This document shows positions 37,035-48,148 of a stretch of 64,000 bases of DNA, one piece after another. This DNA is from a virus. Its lineage: Duplodnaviria; Caudoviricetes. A program made the position numbers and the translations under genes. Numbering within the stretch: position 1 is the stretch's first letter; each line of letters begins with the position of its first letter. The stretch lies in IMG/VR virus record IMGVR_UViG_3300025867_000005; one strand, 5' to 3'. The notes below the pieces were generated by a model, which worked only from the letters and a program-made list of their open reading frames with translations, searched no databases and was not told the origin of the DNA.

Positions 37035-37688
37035 ATGAATGAAGACAGGGATGAAGGCATGAATGAAGGCATGAATGAAAAGGCACAGGATACGGGAATA
37101 GATAGTAAAAATACTGTTGAAGAGACAGAAGAAGCCGAAGGTGCAACAAGCTTAAGCAAAACAATTTTTTCAGACGAGGAAGGAATGAAGGCGGCGGCTT
37201 TCCGGTCGGTTACGGAATCGGTGAAAGGAATACCGATTGAACCTAAGAAACCGTCATTCTTTATGGAAGATGACCAGACTGTGCGTATCGATGTAGATGT
37301 CTGGAGCGATCCTGAAACAGGGAGACTCTTGTCTGTCACGAAGAAAGGGGATATCGACTCTCAGGCGATGGAAAAACTCATTCTGAAGACTGAACAGTGG
37401 TTTGAATTCAGTATCCCCAATTTTGATGATGTCTGTGTCTACCGTCAAAAGTCAAGCAGATATATCGGGAAGGAACAGGTTGTTGATACCAATCTTTTCC
37501 GTAATTTCATCCTGCTTGGACATATCAAAGCATGGTCTATGCAAGATAAAGACGGGAAACAGATTGAAATCGTAAGGGAAAAAGACGGAAACCTTTCTAT
37601 GGAAACGATCAACTGGATAAACAAGCTTCATACCGTAATCTGGGATATCGTGTTCACCCTTTTCGAAAGGCAGACCCTCATAAGCTAA
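37035..37688 (+). CDS. Putative tail assembly chaperone
   Basis: FSIPNFDD...YRQK, IKAWS..D; immediately before the tape measure gene. Confidence 0.5.
   Translation: MNEDRDEGMNEGMNEKAQDTGIDSKNTVEETEEAEGATSLSKTIFSDEEGMKAAAFRSVTESVKGIPIEPKKPSFFMEDDQTVRIDVDVWSDPETGRLLSVTKKGDIDSQAMEKLILKTEQWFEFSIPNFDDVCVYRQKSSRYIGKEQVVDTNLFRNFILLGHIKAWSMQDKDGKQIEIVREKDGNLSMETINWINKLHTVIWDIVFTLFERQTLIS
37051..37079 (+). repeat. Short 12-nt tandem repeat (ATGAAGGCATGA)
   Basis: atgaaggcatga atgaaggcatga atgaa, encoding EGMNEGMNE. Confidence 0.7.
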
Positions 37689-37701
37689 AACAGGTGCTAA
37701 A

Positions 37702-40700
37702 ATGCCACAAGATATTCTTTCAAACATAAACCTTAAAGGACAGAACCTTGAAGGAGCGTCAAAAATCCTTTCAGATGCCAATCTTCGCGCATTCTGGGGG
37801 AAACTCACCAATTTCGAAAAGAAAGAACTTCTTGAGGGCACAAAACTGACGGTAGCGGAAATCAATAAGCTCGTAAAGGAACTAAATAAAGCCGCTAAAG
37901 CGATGGAAGAATATACGGGCAAAATCGACAAGTACGAATCCACTTTCAAAAAATTAACGAATTCTTACAAAGAAGGAAGGAACCAGGCAAAACTTTATTT
38001 GGACGAAGCTGCAAAATCAGGAGGTAAACTTGCGGTTTTGGGTGCGGCAGTCGCATTGGTGACAAAAGAAGTAAAAAAGAATATCGACGCGATGCAGGAT
38101 TATGTCAATGCCGTAAGAAGGTATGATATCGAACAGGAAAGGTTTTCAAAATCATCACTGATTCAGAAAAAGAGTCTGGACAGTATGCGCTGGTCCCTTT
38201 CTTTGACGAAGAATGAAATGGCTTCTTTCTTCGAAGAACTAAAACGAGGAGAAAGCCTTGGTTTCAATACCAAACAGATGGAACAATCCATCTTGAAACT
38301 TAAATCTGTCTACGGGAATGACGCGATGAAGATGTTCGGAAGTTATCAGGACATCCTCACCAAAATGCCGACTGTCAGCAATCAGATAAAAGCAGGAAAA
38401 GGCTTCCAGGGATTCAACGAAGGAGATGTCTATAACCTGATGGCAAGCGGACAATACGGGACAATGTTGGAACTTCAGGCGGGTGGCATGTTCGGCGGAG
38501 AAGCCGAGAAATCGAAATCAGCGGAAGTCGAAAACGTGCAGAAGATGATGGATAGTTTCACTGAATATGCTAAAGATGAAGCAAGCCGTTATTTCATGCC
38601 GTCTCTTTCATTGGCAAGCAAGACTCTGGACGGAGTTAACACAATCATAGATTATGCCGCCAAAGCTGTTGTTCTTTTGGGAATAATCTCTGCTGTCAAA
38701 GGAACAGGAGTCGTGGGTGATGTTGTAAAGAATTTAGGAGGTGGAAGTCTTATAACAGGAGCGAAAACTTTAGGCAAGGGATTGTTAGGAAAAGGAGGTG
38801 GACTTGCATTAAGAGGACTTTCGTTAAGCGGGTCAGCCTTGTCTCTTGGCGGGGCGATTGCGGCTGGTTTGGGAGGAGGTCAATTGTTGGGTGCCGGTAT
38901 TTCTAAGGCGTTCGATGGCACTACCTATAACCCCAAAGAACTTTATTCTGCCCTTACATCTGGACCCGGCGCTTTGAAGTCTTTCGGGAAAGGTTTGTTT
39001 TCAGGCTACGGCCAGTTTTATTCAGAAGACAAGGGAGAGGGTCTTAAAGAAAGAATCGCCGGTACGGTAAACACTGGAAGATATGTCAAGGATGAAAAAA
39101 CCGGGAAGACGGTAAGGATGGGTAAAGCTGACAGAAAGACTTTGTTGGATTTTGAAAAAGAAATGAAAGCCACATGGGAGAATCTTAATCTGATCAGAGA
39201 TTCTTGGCAGATGCAGTACGAATCTACAAAGAGAATTGCTGATATAGATATGGATATCGCTTCCAAATCAGGGGATATGGTTGAATACAAACAAGTCAGT
39301 GCGGAAAAACAAAACGCCCTTAACAAACAGCATTCAGAACTGATGGGATTATATGAAAAAGAAGAACAGGGAATAATATCCAAGATGAAGGAAATGGAAG
39401 GTATAAAGGGCTTTGAGAAGACGAGAGGGTACAAGGCGGCACAAGCCAATTTAAAGAGTCTTAGGGAAAAGATGGGTGACCTTGACAAGGTTCTTATTGA
39501 TGGCCGTATAGAAGTCATGAATAGTGTCATTCAGGAACAGATTTCCCAAGGTGGCGCAGGAAGTAAAGGGACAAATAAGTTAAGAATGGCGAAAGCCGCT
39601 GCGGAAGCCGCTTTGTCCAAGGCAAGATTCGTCGGAGGAGAATATCAGGCCGCTGGAGCCGCTAGAGGCATCAACATTAAAGAAGCCAAGAACTTCCTTG
39701 AAGGTATCGAAAAGGCTATGGCTATCGCCAGAGAAACAAGGGTAAAAGGCAATACTGCCGCTGAAAGGCTTGCGGCTGAAAAGTCATTGACGGAAATGGA
39801 AATCCAGCGCACGGAAGCGGAAGAAAAACTTAAGAACGCGATGATAGACACAAGAGACCTTGAAATCCTGACAAGGGACATCGAAATCTATCTGAAGGGC
39901 CTCGGTGCGCAGCAGTCCTATGTAGAGGACATCAACGGAAGTTTTCAGGCACTTAAGCCGTTCTGGCAAGCGGAAGTCGAAACAAAGAGGCGTCTGGCGG
40001 AAATCGCCAAACAAGACATGCAAAGGATGGCGGCTTCACACGGAATGGGATCTCAGGCTTACAAAGAAAAAGAAGCGGAATACGCTATCAAGTCTTTGGA
40101 TGCAAAAAAAGCGGAACTGGAACTTGCAAAGAAAGTCAGGGACAAGAAGAAAGAAGAAATCACTTTCGCTTCTGATTGGATGCGTGAACAGGCAGACTAC
40201 CTAGAAGAAATGGGCGGCGGTTTCAGTCAGATTCTAAGTCTTCGTTCTCAGGCGATAGAAAAGGAACGGGAAGCTATTTCCGCACAGCAGGACTTTATCG
40301 ATACAGGAATCAAGACCGGAACACTTGAAGGTTTTGAACTTATTAAAGCACAGACGGATTTGGAACGCATGAAGATGAAAATGACGAGAGACACCATAGG
40401 CGTTCAAAAATCAGCTTACGAAAAATTCGTCGGTATGGCATTCGGTCAACTTTCAGATATCGGAATCAAGAGGGGAAGGATGGATGATGCCGTTTTGATG
40501 GGAACTGCCGCAACACGCGTAAAAGGAAGAGACGGCATGTATGTCAAGGGGACTCCGAACATGACAAGGGACCAGGTGATGGCGGTGATGGCTACAGGCG
40601 GCAGCATCGACGGAATTACCGCGAATAAAGATACGAAGAAGGCAGACTATTTCACGGGTTCAAGAGTCGAAAGCGGGAAACCCAAAGAAGAACTTCAAGT

Positions 40701-40860
40701 TAACGGGAAGGTGCAGTTAGCCCTTGATCAGGGTTTGATTCTGAAGATGGAAGACTGGTCTTTCAATCTTTCGAAGAACAAGGAATTCGGTGCCGCGATT
40801 GTACAGGCGAATAGAATCGTAACGGAAAACAACACAAAGGCTTCTGGAGCGTCTAAATAA
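37702..40860 (+). CDS. Tape measure protein
   Basis: 1052 aa coiled-coil with a central Gly/Leu-rich hydrophobic segment; position after chaperones. Confidence 0.8.
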   Translation: MPQDILSNINLKGQNLEGASKILSDANLRAFWGKLTNFEKKELLEGTKLTVAEINKLVKELNKAAKAMEEYTGKIDKYESTFKKLTNSYKEGRNQAKLYLDEAAKSGGKLAVLGAAVALVTKEVKKNIDAMQDYVNAVRRYDIEQERFSKSSLIQKKSLDSMRWSLSLTKNEMASFFEELKRGESLGFNTKQMEQSILKLKSVYGNDAMKMFGSYQDILTKMPTVSNQIKAGKGFQGFNEGDVYNLMASGQYGTMLELQAGGMFGGEAEKSKSAEVENVQKMMDSFTEYAKDEASRYFMPSLSLASKTLDGVNTIIDYAAKAVVLLGIISAVKGTGVVGDVVKNLGGGSLITGAKTLGKGLLGKGGGLALRGLSLSGSALSLGGAIAAGLGGGQLLGAGISKAFDGTTYNPKELYSALTSGPGALKSFGKGLFSGYGQFYSEDKGEGLKERIAGTVNTGRYVKDEKTGKTVRMGKADRKTLLDFEKEMKATWENLNLIRDSWQMQYESTKRIADIDMDIASKSGDMVEYKQVSAEKQNALNKQHSELMGLYEKEEQGIISKMKEMEGIKGFEKTRGYKAAQANLKSLREKMGDLDKVLIDGRIEVMNSVIQEQISQGGAGSKGTNKLRMAKAAAEAALSKARFVGGEYQAAGAARGINIKEAKNFLEGIEKAMAIARETRVKGNTAAERLAAEKSLTEMEIQRTEAEEKLKNAMIDTRDLEILTRDIEIYLKGLGAQQSYVEDINGSFQALKPFWQAEVETKRRLAEIAKQDMQRMAASHGMGSQAYKEKEAEYAIKSLDAKKAELELAKKVRDKKKEEITFASDWMREQADYLEEMGGGFSQILSLRSQAIEKEREAISAQQDFIDTGIKTGTLEGFELIKAQTDLERMKMKMTRDTIGVQKSAYEKFVGMAFGQLSDIGIKRGRMDDAVLMGTAATRVKGRDGMYVKGTPNMTRDQVMAVMATGGSIDGITANKDTKKADYFTGSRVESGKPKEELQVNGKVQLALDQGLILKMEDWSFNLSKNKEFGAAIVQANRIVTENNTKASGASK

Positions 40861-43418
40861 TGGCTGATACATATACAAATCTCACTACCAAGCAGGTATC
40901 TTTCCCTTCTCCGTCTAATCCGGAAGTCATCATTACAAATAATCTTTCGATACCGAGTTTGGGAAGTTTTAAAAGGAATATCTTTACTCGGATTCAATAC
41001 GCCGGGGAACCGTTCTTTATTCTTGCGCCTTATGCCAGCGATGTTTTTCTTACGGGCCAGAACGGATTTTTCTTGCACCCTCTCGGCAATGACTTTCCTT
41101 CTGCTTCTCAAATGCCGTCCTTTATGACAAAGGAAAGCTATGAGAACAATTTCAAGAAGACGCCGAGTGCTTTCCTTACGGCACAAAAAAGCCTGATGCC
41201 TAAGCTTTTCGTTCCTTCTCAGAGCATCGTTGACAACGGAATATCTGGAAGCATTTCTACCGGAGTATTCGCTTGGCAATTTGCAACAAATGATGACAGA
41301 AACAGATGTAACGTGACGACAGACGATCAGCAGTCTGCGGTTGTTTTAAAGAAGGGATACGGCAATTCTAAAATTGAAGTCAGACTTTCTAAAAACACTA
41401 CGTATGTTCCTCAATCGATTACAGACATCGATACAACGAATATCATAGGCGGAGGTGCTTTTCAGATGGTGATATCTATCTTCGACCCGGATATCCCTTC
41501 CAAAGCCCTTAGAGGCGAAGGTACGGATCTGCCTACAGATAAAGAAGGGAAAGACTTGGACAAAGTTTCGGACGAAAAGATACAGCCTAGAGTATTGATA
41601 CAAATGGGAGACCTGATGCTGTCTGTTGATATGGATGGGAAATGCGTAGGCTCTTGGTTAGGGGGAGAAAAGAATTCGGAAACCGTCAACCTTGTCAGTG
41701 GACCAGGAGAAGAATGTATCCCTCAAGGGAAATCAGCGTCTACAGATAAAAACAAGTCATTCGTGCTTACCGTTTATCCTCTTTGGGACGGTGTTGTTGT
41801 TCAAAGCGGTGTTCAGACAGGTAAGAATATTATTTCTTCAAGCGCCGCATATATCCCTGTTATCAAGAAAGCGTCTATTTTTGATTATGCCATTCAGAAG
41901 ACAAGATCTGACGGAACACAGGTCCCTTTCGACCCTGAAAATCCAGATGAAGTTTTCGTCACCACGGTTAAAGGCGGCAATTCGACAGTTCCGAATCTTG
42001 GAACAGCGGCAACAGAATTAATCGTTACGGCTTCTAATTGCAGTTGCTGCATCGCTTATGCTCCCATCTATTTCACAAAAAAGATGTCTTATATTCATAC
42101 GATCTGCGGTAACACTTCAGTTAATGGATATTCTTATAAATATAAAGGTTTCCCTATCTGGACAAGTAACGAAACTTATTACAGAATGGACGATGAAATT
42201 GCCTTCTCTACTACTTCGATACCGGGACCGGCAGAATATACGAAGGTTTTTAAGTCAAATAACATCGTCCTTTCCACCAATGCCGCGCAATATCAACGCC
42301 GCGCCGGGGAGGTTTTCGGAGAAATCATTCAGATGATCGAAACTGTTCCGGCATCAAGCACAAGTTCAGCCCCAAGTTATGACAATGGAATAACGGGATG
42401 GGAAGACTACATAACGAGCGTTACCCTTAATTCCACATTGGATTCGAATTCGGGAAGCTTTACGTTTGACAAATACGGGGCGACGAACGGAAACCAGTCA
42501 ACGCAGATTCAGCAAAGCGTGGGGAAAATAAACATCAATGTCAAGGGGTGTTACAATACCAATAAATCCACGTCCAAAGACGATACGACTTATTGCCTGT
42601 TTAAGGGATATTCCTACGAAAGCAGTGATTCTGCAAACAATTCTGGATGTGATGTTACTGTAAATCTGGTAGGAGTGGAAAAACGGCTTGAAGATGTCAA
42701 CCTTATCAATCCTCCGATTTTTGACGGATGGAAATTTGTGGATGTGGCCGCCTATATCTGTAAGTTCGCGGGTGTCGCATACAATCTTTCCAGTGCCGAT
42801 CAGGGTGTAAGACTTCAGATGTCAACAGACCCTATCGAAACCGTATGCTTCAACTGGACGACGGGGCTCATATGCAGACAGGCATTGGATGAAATCTGTA
42901 AAGACACGGCGCACGGATACGTTACGATTGACGGAGTGATCAAGTTCTTTCAGAGGGAAAGTGACGGAAGGCCGAACTATACAGGGACTACCTGGACGGG
43001 TTTTGACGGCACCAATATTCAGAATATCGAGATGAACCCTAATTTCGAAAACCTTAGAAACCAGATTGTTTTGATAGGTATGCGTAAAATTACAGAAGAC
43101 GCACAGAAGGACTTCCCTGATAAATTCCCGGTATTCCCAATGACATCTCTTAGAAACAATTCTACAACCCCGCATATTCCTTGGCCAAAACGACTTTGCT
43201 ATACCGTTCCTGGATTTCCGACTCAGAATGAACTTGACAAGATTGCGGACAAGATAGCAAAGGGTAGCAATTACTATGAAATCATGGGCAGCACGACAAT
43301 ACCTGGAGCTGATATCAAGATTTTGGACAAATTCCTTGGATATATTGTGATAGGAGTAACACATAATATAGACCTTGTTGGGAAAACTTGGACAACAAGT
43401 TTACAGTTGCAAAAGTAA
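40860..43418 (+). CDS. Baseplate hub / tail tip protein
   Basis: 852 aa; C-terminal hub-like region (ALDEIC....G....DG.IKF, RNQI...G, V.HNI.....WTT.L.L). Confidence 0.65.
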   Translation: MADTYTNLTTKQVSFPSPSNPEVIITNNLSIPSLGSFKRNIFTRIQYAGEPFFILAPYASDVFLTGQNGFFLHPLGNDFPSASQMPSFMTKESYENNFKKTPSAFLTAQKSLMPKLFVPSQSIVDNGISGSISTGVFAWQFATNDDRNRCNVTTDDQQSAVVLKKGYGNSKIEVRLSKNTTYVPQSITDIDTTNIIGGGAFQMVISIFDPDIPSKALRGEGTDLPTDKEGKDLDKVSDEKIQPRVLIQMGDLMLSVDMDGKCVGSWLGGEKNSETVNLVSGPGEECIPQGKSASTDKNKSFVLTVYPLWDGVVVQSGVQTGKNIISSSAAYIPVIKKASIFDYAIQKTRSDGTQVPFDPENPDEVFVTTVKGGNSTVPNLGTAATELIVTASNCSCCIAYAPIYFTKKMSYIHTICGNTSVNGYSYKYKGFPIWTSNETYYRMDDEIAFSTTSIPGPAEYTKVFKSNNIVLSTNAAQYQRRAGEVFGEIIQMIETVPASSTSSAPSYDNGITGWEDYITSVTLNSTLDSNSGSFTFDKYGATNGNQSTQIQQSVGKININVKGCYNTNKSTSKDDTTYCLFKGYSYESSDSANNSGCDVTVNLVGVEKRLEDVNLINPPIFDGWKFVDVAAYICKFAGVAYNLSSADQGVRLQMSTDPIETVCFNWTTGLICRQALDEICKDTAHGYVTIDGVIKFFQRESDGRPNYTGTTWTGFDGTNIQNIEMNPNFENLRNQIVLIGMRKITEDAQKDFPDKFPVFPMTSLRNNSTTPHIPWPKRLCYTVPGFPTQNELDKIADKIAKGSNYYEIMGSTTIPGADIKILDKFLGYIVIGVTHNIDLVGKTWTTSLQLQK

Positions 43419-43437
43419 AAGGAATAAGGCACAAGAT

Positions 43438-43665
43438 ATGAGTAACTGGTTGGGAAGTCAGCTTAAAGGATATGTGGAATCACAGATACCGGCTTGGGGT
43501 AATCTGCCCAATAATCCCATGTCGAAATCCGGTCAGGTCGTTATTACTCAGGTCGAGATTCCGGAACTATCTACAAACTATATCTATGTTGGTGAAGGAT
43601 GTTTCGTTCAACCGGCCGATGAACTTTATCCTTTTACCGTCAAGACGAAATACGTGGAGATTTAA
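43438..43665 (+). CDS. Small tail-associated protein
   Basis: 75 aa from ATG 43438. Confidence 0.55.
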   Translation: MSNWLGSQLKGYVESQIPAWGNLPNNPMSKSGQVVITQVEIPELSTNYIYVGEGCFVQPADELYPFTVKTKYVEI

Positions 43666-43668
43666 AAG

Positions 43669-44439
43669 ATGTCAGAGAACAATTATTTGAACAAGACAGT
43701 TTTCCAGAAATTCCAGACTCTCGGATATGGAGACAGGATATGGCCAGATGTGGAATCAGAAAATTGGCAAAAGGTGGAAAATGCCATGCTTGCCATGTCT
43801 ACAGAAAACCATATCAAACAGGTTGGGGGTTTCTCCACAGCACAAATAGACACAACTCAATCTACGGTTACTCTATCTATGGCAGGAATAACTCCTGCGT
43901 TTGAAGGTGTCATAAATTCAAGCTATTTCAAAGTCGAAGATCCTTTGGTCTGGAATGTAGATACTACCAATAACAACACCGCATACCTTTATCTGACTGA
44001 AATCAGCGGCCAGTATGACCCGACTTCAATAGATAGCCTCGACACAGAGGTTTCTATGGTGGAATACCGGACTCCCGCAGAACTAGAAAAAAGGCTATTG
44101 GTGGCTATCGCAACAGTAACGGGAGGCGTAGGCATAGCAAGTTTGAATATAGACCCTGAAGGTACTGAACTCTTGGAAGAAACAGTTTACGACGCAAGTC
44201 TGACTGTAGGCACAGATTTGGTTCTTGACTTAAGGACAATCTTGGGTACGCCTACATATGTCCCGGAACTGAAATTCGTAAACATCTGCGTTACTTCTTT
44301 TTCGGAACCGCCTGTCAATCCGTATTTTGTTTGGGTAGAGTACAATGTCGGAGGATATCCCTATGCCTTCACGATTAAAAGTGCGGGAAGCACCGCCTAT
44401 ATACTAGGTGTAAAACTTTTGCTAAGGTATAGTTTCTAA
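43669..44439 (+). CDS. Tail/baseplate protein
   Basis: 256 aa; ENWQKVE motif like fibre attachment segments. Confidence 0.6.
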   Translation: MSENNYLNKTVFQKFQTLGYGDRIWPDVESENWQKVENAMLAMSTENHIKQVGGFSTAQIDTTQSTVTLSMAGITPAFEGVINSSYFKVEDPLVWNVDTTNNNTAYLYLTEISGQYDPTSIDSLDTEVSMVEYRTPAELEKRLLVAIATVTGGVGIASLNIDPEGTELLEETVYDASLTVGTDLVLDLRTILGTPTYVPELKFVNICVTSFSEPPVNPYFVWVEYNVGGYPYAFTIKSAGSTAYILGVKLLLRYSF

Positions 44440-45545
44440 TGGAAAATCTAGATAAATTTGACGACAACCTGAGTTTTTCCAATTACAGCTATTGTTCTCG
44501 AAGAATACAGCCTGTAGAATTGCCGAACGGAGACACCTATATTTTCTTTGTCGATATGTGTCCTGATGCCGGAGAAATGGACTTCGACATAAGCAAGATC
44601 GTAGGAGGAGAATCAAAGAAGGTCACAACAAAGAAACTTTCTGATTCCAGCTTAAAGAAAGGCATGCGGACTCTTGTCGGATGCAGAACCAGTTTACATG
44701 GAATGGCCAGTTCCGGACTAAAATGGGTAGGCTGGAAATCTGCGGCGACAGAAGACCAAAACTTGCCTTGGAAATACTACCCTTTCTACGAAGTCTATGA
44801 CTTTTCGATTTCCTACAACAAAGCCCAGAACATCCTTTCTCTTTTCTTCTGGACAAACATCTTTGATACGATCTCTATAGAAGTTCCAGAAGGTTATGAT
44901 TATGACAAAATCGCTTTCCAATACGCCCCTAACGAATTTAAAACCGCTGCCTCTTTTAGTTCGATAAACCTTTCAACGGTGCGTAAGGTTCTTTGTTGTG
45001 CCAAAGGAAGATTTATACAAGGTAGTGTAAGCGCCACAGTCGAATCGCCTTCGAATGAAAATTTCCCGTATATCAAATGTGTGGAATACATCCCGATATT
45101 TGAAAGACCGGTAATTTTGCATGAGTACCAGAACATGGACGCGATAATCACAGATTTCGGAAATGACGGAGGAAGTTTTAGCGAAAACCCTTGGCAAATC
45201 AGTTTCGAACAGGATGTCTCTGGAGACAGCGTAGTAAATTATGCTGTTTTTAAACATCTGTATACAAGAAGGGGTGGAATCCTTGTCGTGCATGAATCAG
45301 AGGGCACGGACATAAGGGTTACGCTTCCCACCGGCTACCAAGCAGGAGATAAATTATATGTCGGCTTAAGAATAGATACGACAAGTGGAGAATATGAAAT
45401 CCGTTTCGAACGGTATCTTTTATCTATTTCCGGATATGAAGATCTTCGAGTAAACATTCCCCTCTATATCTTGATTTATACAGGAAGAACGTTCAAAGTT
45501 CTGGTCGATTTGAGAAAAACAATAACACAGGACATCTACGAATAA
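44439..45545 (+). CDS. Tail-associated hypothetical protein
   Basis: 368 aa; TAATG coupling at both ends. Confidence 0.65.
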   Translation: MENLDKFDDNLSFSNYSYCSRRIQPVELPNGDTYIFFVDMCPDAGEMDFDISKIVGGESKKVTTKKLSDSSLKKGMRTLVGCRTSLHGMASSGLKWVGWKSAATEDQNLPWKYYPFYEVYDFSISYNKAQNILSLFFWTNIFDTISIEVPEGYDYDKIAFQYAPNEFKTAASFSSINLSTVRKVLCCAKGRFIQGSVSATVESPSNENFPYIKCVEYIPIFERPVILHEYQNMDAIITDFGNDGGSFSENPWQISFEQDVSGDSVVNYAVFKHLYTRRGGILVVHESEGTDIRVTLPTGYQAGDKLYVGLRIDTTSGEYEIRFERYLLSISGYEDLRVNIPLYILIYTGRTFKVLVDLRKTITQDIYE

Positions 45546-48136
45546 TGCCTACAATTACAAAAGACAACAAACCGGTTCCGGTAAGAACATTCCCCAGACG
45601 TTATGGATTGATTTTTATAACGTCTGCCTTCATGATTTTAGGATATCCTTGGTGGGCGAGAAATGACAGGCACATTATGGGAGAAGACTTCGCCGATGCC
45701 GCAGCCGCCCTTCAGGAACGGACAAAGATTCCTTATTTTTATAATAAAGAGACTGTCATGGAGGTCATAGACGGGAGTAAGACAACATATGTAAATGTAG
45801 TGACTTCCGATGGCGTTACCTTCGGTCTTAACTCAAGTTCAAACGTAATCGCAACCACAAACTACTTCGTGAATCTAAGTCTGAAACTTGAAAGTGACCA
45901 CCTTTTCGCCACTTTTGTAAACGGAACCAACATCATGCGGTGGGACAAGGTTGAAAGTCGCGGTGGATTTGCAGACATCAGAATATTCAACAGGAGAAAT
46001 TTCCCAACAAACGAAAGTGCTTCAGCAGATCTCGTTATTTCCGGGTCGGGTCTGGAAGACGTTACGATTCCGATAACGGTAAAGGCATACGGAAGCGCGG
46101 AAGATTCTGTTCTAGAAGATGACCCTCCGTCTTGGGGAATCGTAAGGCAACATAAAAAAATAAACATGGCCTACTATAACAAAATCTTCACGGAAAGGAT
46201 TTCTTTTAGTGGAGGGACATGGGATCATCCTGAAACGCATTGGGAACAACTTTCAAATACCGTCACTTCTGTTACTAATTACAGTTGGACAGCGAAAGAT
46301 ACAGAATATTATGATTCTGCCCATATAGAAAGAGAAAGAATGATCGACTTATTCAATGGTTTCAGAGAATTGACGGCTACATATGACTGGGTAGACCCTT
46401 CAGAATTTATCCAGTCTGCGGTGCCTGTTTTCGGATGGCAGGATCATATATGGTCGTCTACAAATGAATTTGTTTCTACGGAATGCCCTCTCCCGTTTGA
46501 TTCCACGACCAATGGAATTGTGTTTACTCTTAACATGGACAATACGGGAACGATAGCACATGTGACATTTGTTACATCCAAGTCCATGATTAGGAATTCA
46601 ATAACGGGAAGATATCCTCTCTATCCTAATATCTGGTGGAATCAAGACAGGAATCCAGGCTTTGGAGAACTTTTCCCAGATGATCCTTATTTTGATTCAA
46701 GTCAAATAGAAGAATGGCTTGCTTATTGGAACACGAACGACTTATGTGTGATGTCTTGTTTTACCCTTCCCAATATTTACCCTTTCAGTAAAAAGATTGA
46801 AGATGTCGATGTCGGGAAGGTTTTCGACGGCAAGGGATATTGGTGGTCGATTCTTCCAAATAGGTTGGGGATGGAAACCAACTGTTATGTTTATCCGAGT
46901 TTGGAAACGATGACAAACACTATGGATTTCTTTATTTCATTTACAAATGAAGCTCCTTATTTCGTAACTAACTGGTATACAAAATATGATGTCGCATATA
47001 ATGCCCACATAAATGTGACGAATACCTTTCAGGAATTGATGGAAGTTGCCAAGAAACTAAATGCGACATTGCATCAAGCCAGTCAGGTTTGTGATGACAA
47101 AACGATCACGCATTCATATTATTCAAGCATTAGCGATGGCGGAAACGGACCTTATGAAACATATTCAGATTGGTATAACGATGCACTGTTTGAAGAGTCT
47201 GACAATGTTTCGTCAAATAACGGTATCGGAACGTTCTTCTATGAAAGCTGTAATTTTGACGAATACGTGATAGCCACATCTTCAGAAACAACAAAAGAAT
47301 TTCCTGATGGTACGAAAGAAGTGACTTCGTATAACAATTCATATGGTGGATTCTCCGGAAACGCAGAAGGGAGTGCGGAGAAAGTTACGGGTCTGATGCT
47401 TAACTATCCTAGCCTTTACGCTCTGACGAACGGATATGTCAGCGAAGTTTGGATATATGCGGTTGTTGAAACGGATGTAATTGTTCCAATGGCCACATGT
47501 GCGCCGCAACAATCAAGTTCTTCCGCATTGCTTGACAATCCTGAAGGCGCTCCGATTGAAAAATATACCACATATGAAAGATATTCTGTCACCCCTACGG
47601 CAGATTCTACACAGTTGCAAACGTTCAATCTCGCCGGGTATGATTGTTGTGAATATGATCTCCCGGCAGGTTTTAAAAGAACGCCTACGCAAAAAGATGA
47701 AATCTTTTCCGATATCCCCATAAAGAAAGAAAAATTGAATCTTGTCAAGCATGTGGCAAATCCTGTGGATTTGATAAGGTTCGATTTCGGGATAGAGGGG
47801 GCGACGATTCCGGCAGGCAATTATCAGGTGGTTTCAGCTAAAGAAGAAACTTGGTCTGGCCATGAAGACCTTCAATATCTCTGGCATGACGATGATCCGA
47901 GCAACTGGGTAACGGAAGCAAGTGATTCTTACGTCTCGTACGATGTTTCTTATTCAAAAATAGAAGGACATTCAGCGAACGTAAGTTTCTGGGTGATGGT
48001 AAAGTGGAATTGGAAACACATGAACGAAGACAATATCTATAAGCCAGACGAATACAAGCCGATTTGGTATACTAATTCCTATGAGAAGATCAGGCATCCG
48101 GCATATACGAATGAACCGCAAACCAGTAAACCGTGA
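45545..48136 (+). CDS. Large distal tail / receptor-binding candidate, TN-rich
   Basis: 863 aa, aromatic/T/N-rich, hydrophobic stretch near the N-terminus; last + strand gene of the tail block. Confidence 0.55.
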   Translation: MPTITKDNKPVPVRTFPRRYGLIFITSAFMILGYPWWARNDRHIMGEDFADAAAALQERTKIPYFYNKETVMEVIDGSKTTYVNVVTSDGVTFGLNSSSNVIATTNYFVNLSLKLESDHLFATFVNGTNIMRWDKVESRGGFADIRIFNRRNFPTNESASADLVISGSGLEDVTIPITVKAYGSAEDSVLEDDPPSWGIVRQHKKINMAYYNKIFTERISFSGGTWDHPETHWEQLSNTVTSVTNYSWTAKDTEYYDSAHIERERMIDLFNGFRELTATYDWVDPSEFIQSAVPVFGWQDHIWSSTNEFVSTECPLPFDSTTNGIVFTLNMDNTGTIAHVTFVTSKSMIRNSITGRYPLYPNIWWNQDRNPGFGELFPDDPYFDSSQIEEWLAYWNTNDLCVMSCFTLPNIYPFSKKIEDVDVGKVFDGKGYWWSILPNRLGMETNCYVYPSLETMTNTMDFFISFTNEAPYFVTNWYTKYDVAYNAHINVTNTFQELMEVAKKLNATLHQASQVCDDKTITHSYYSSISDGGNGPYETYSDWYNDALFEESDNVSSNNGIGTFFYESCNFDEYVIATSSETTKEFPDGTKEVTSYNNSYGGFSGNAEGSAEKVTGLMLNYPSLYALTNGYVSEVWIYAVVETDVIVPMATCAPQQSSSSALLDNPEGAPIEKYTTYERYSVTPTADSTQLQTFNLAGYDCCEYDLPAGFKRTPTQKDEIFSDIPIKKEKLNLVKHVANPVDLIRFDFGIEGATIPAGNYQVVSAKEETWSGHEDLQYLWHDDDPSNWVTEASDSYVSYDVSYSKIEGHSANVSFWVMVKWNWKHMNEDNIYKPDEYKPIWYTNSYEKIRHPAYTNEPQTSKP

Positions 48137-48148
48137 AAACAGGAATAA

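Noticed and set aside
37051-37079. 12-nt tandem repeat as a phase-variation or diversity element
   Set aside because: In-frame and short, in a low-complexity N-terminus; simple slippage explains it
45545-48136. Diversity-generating retroelement target
   Set aside because: No reverse transcriptase or template/variable repeat pair visible in the window
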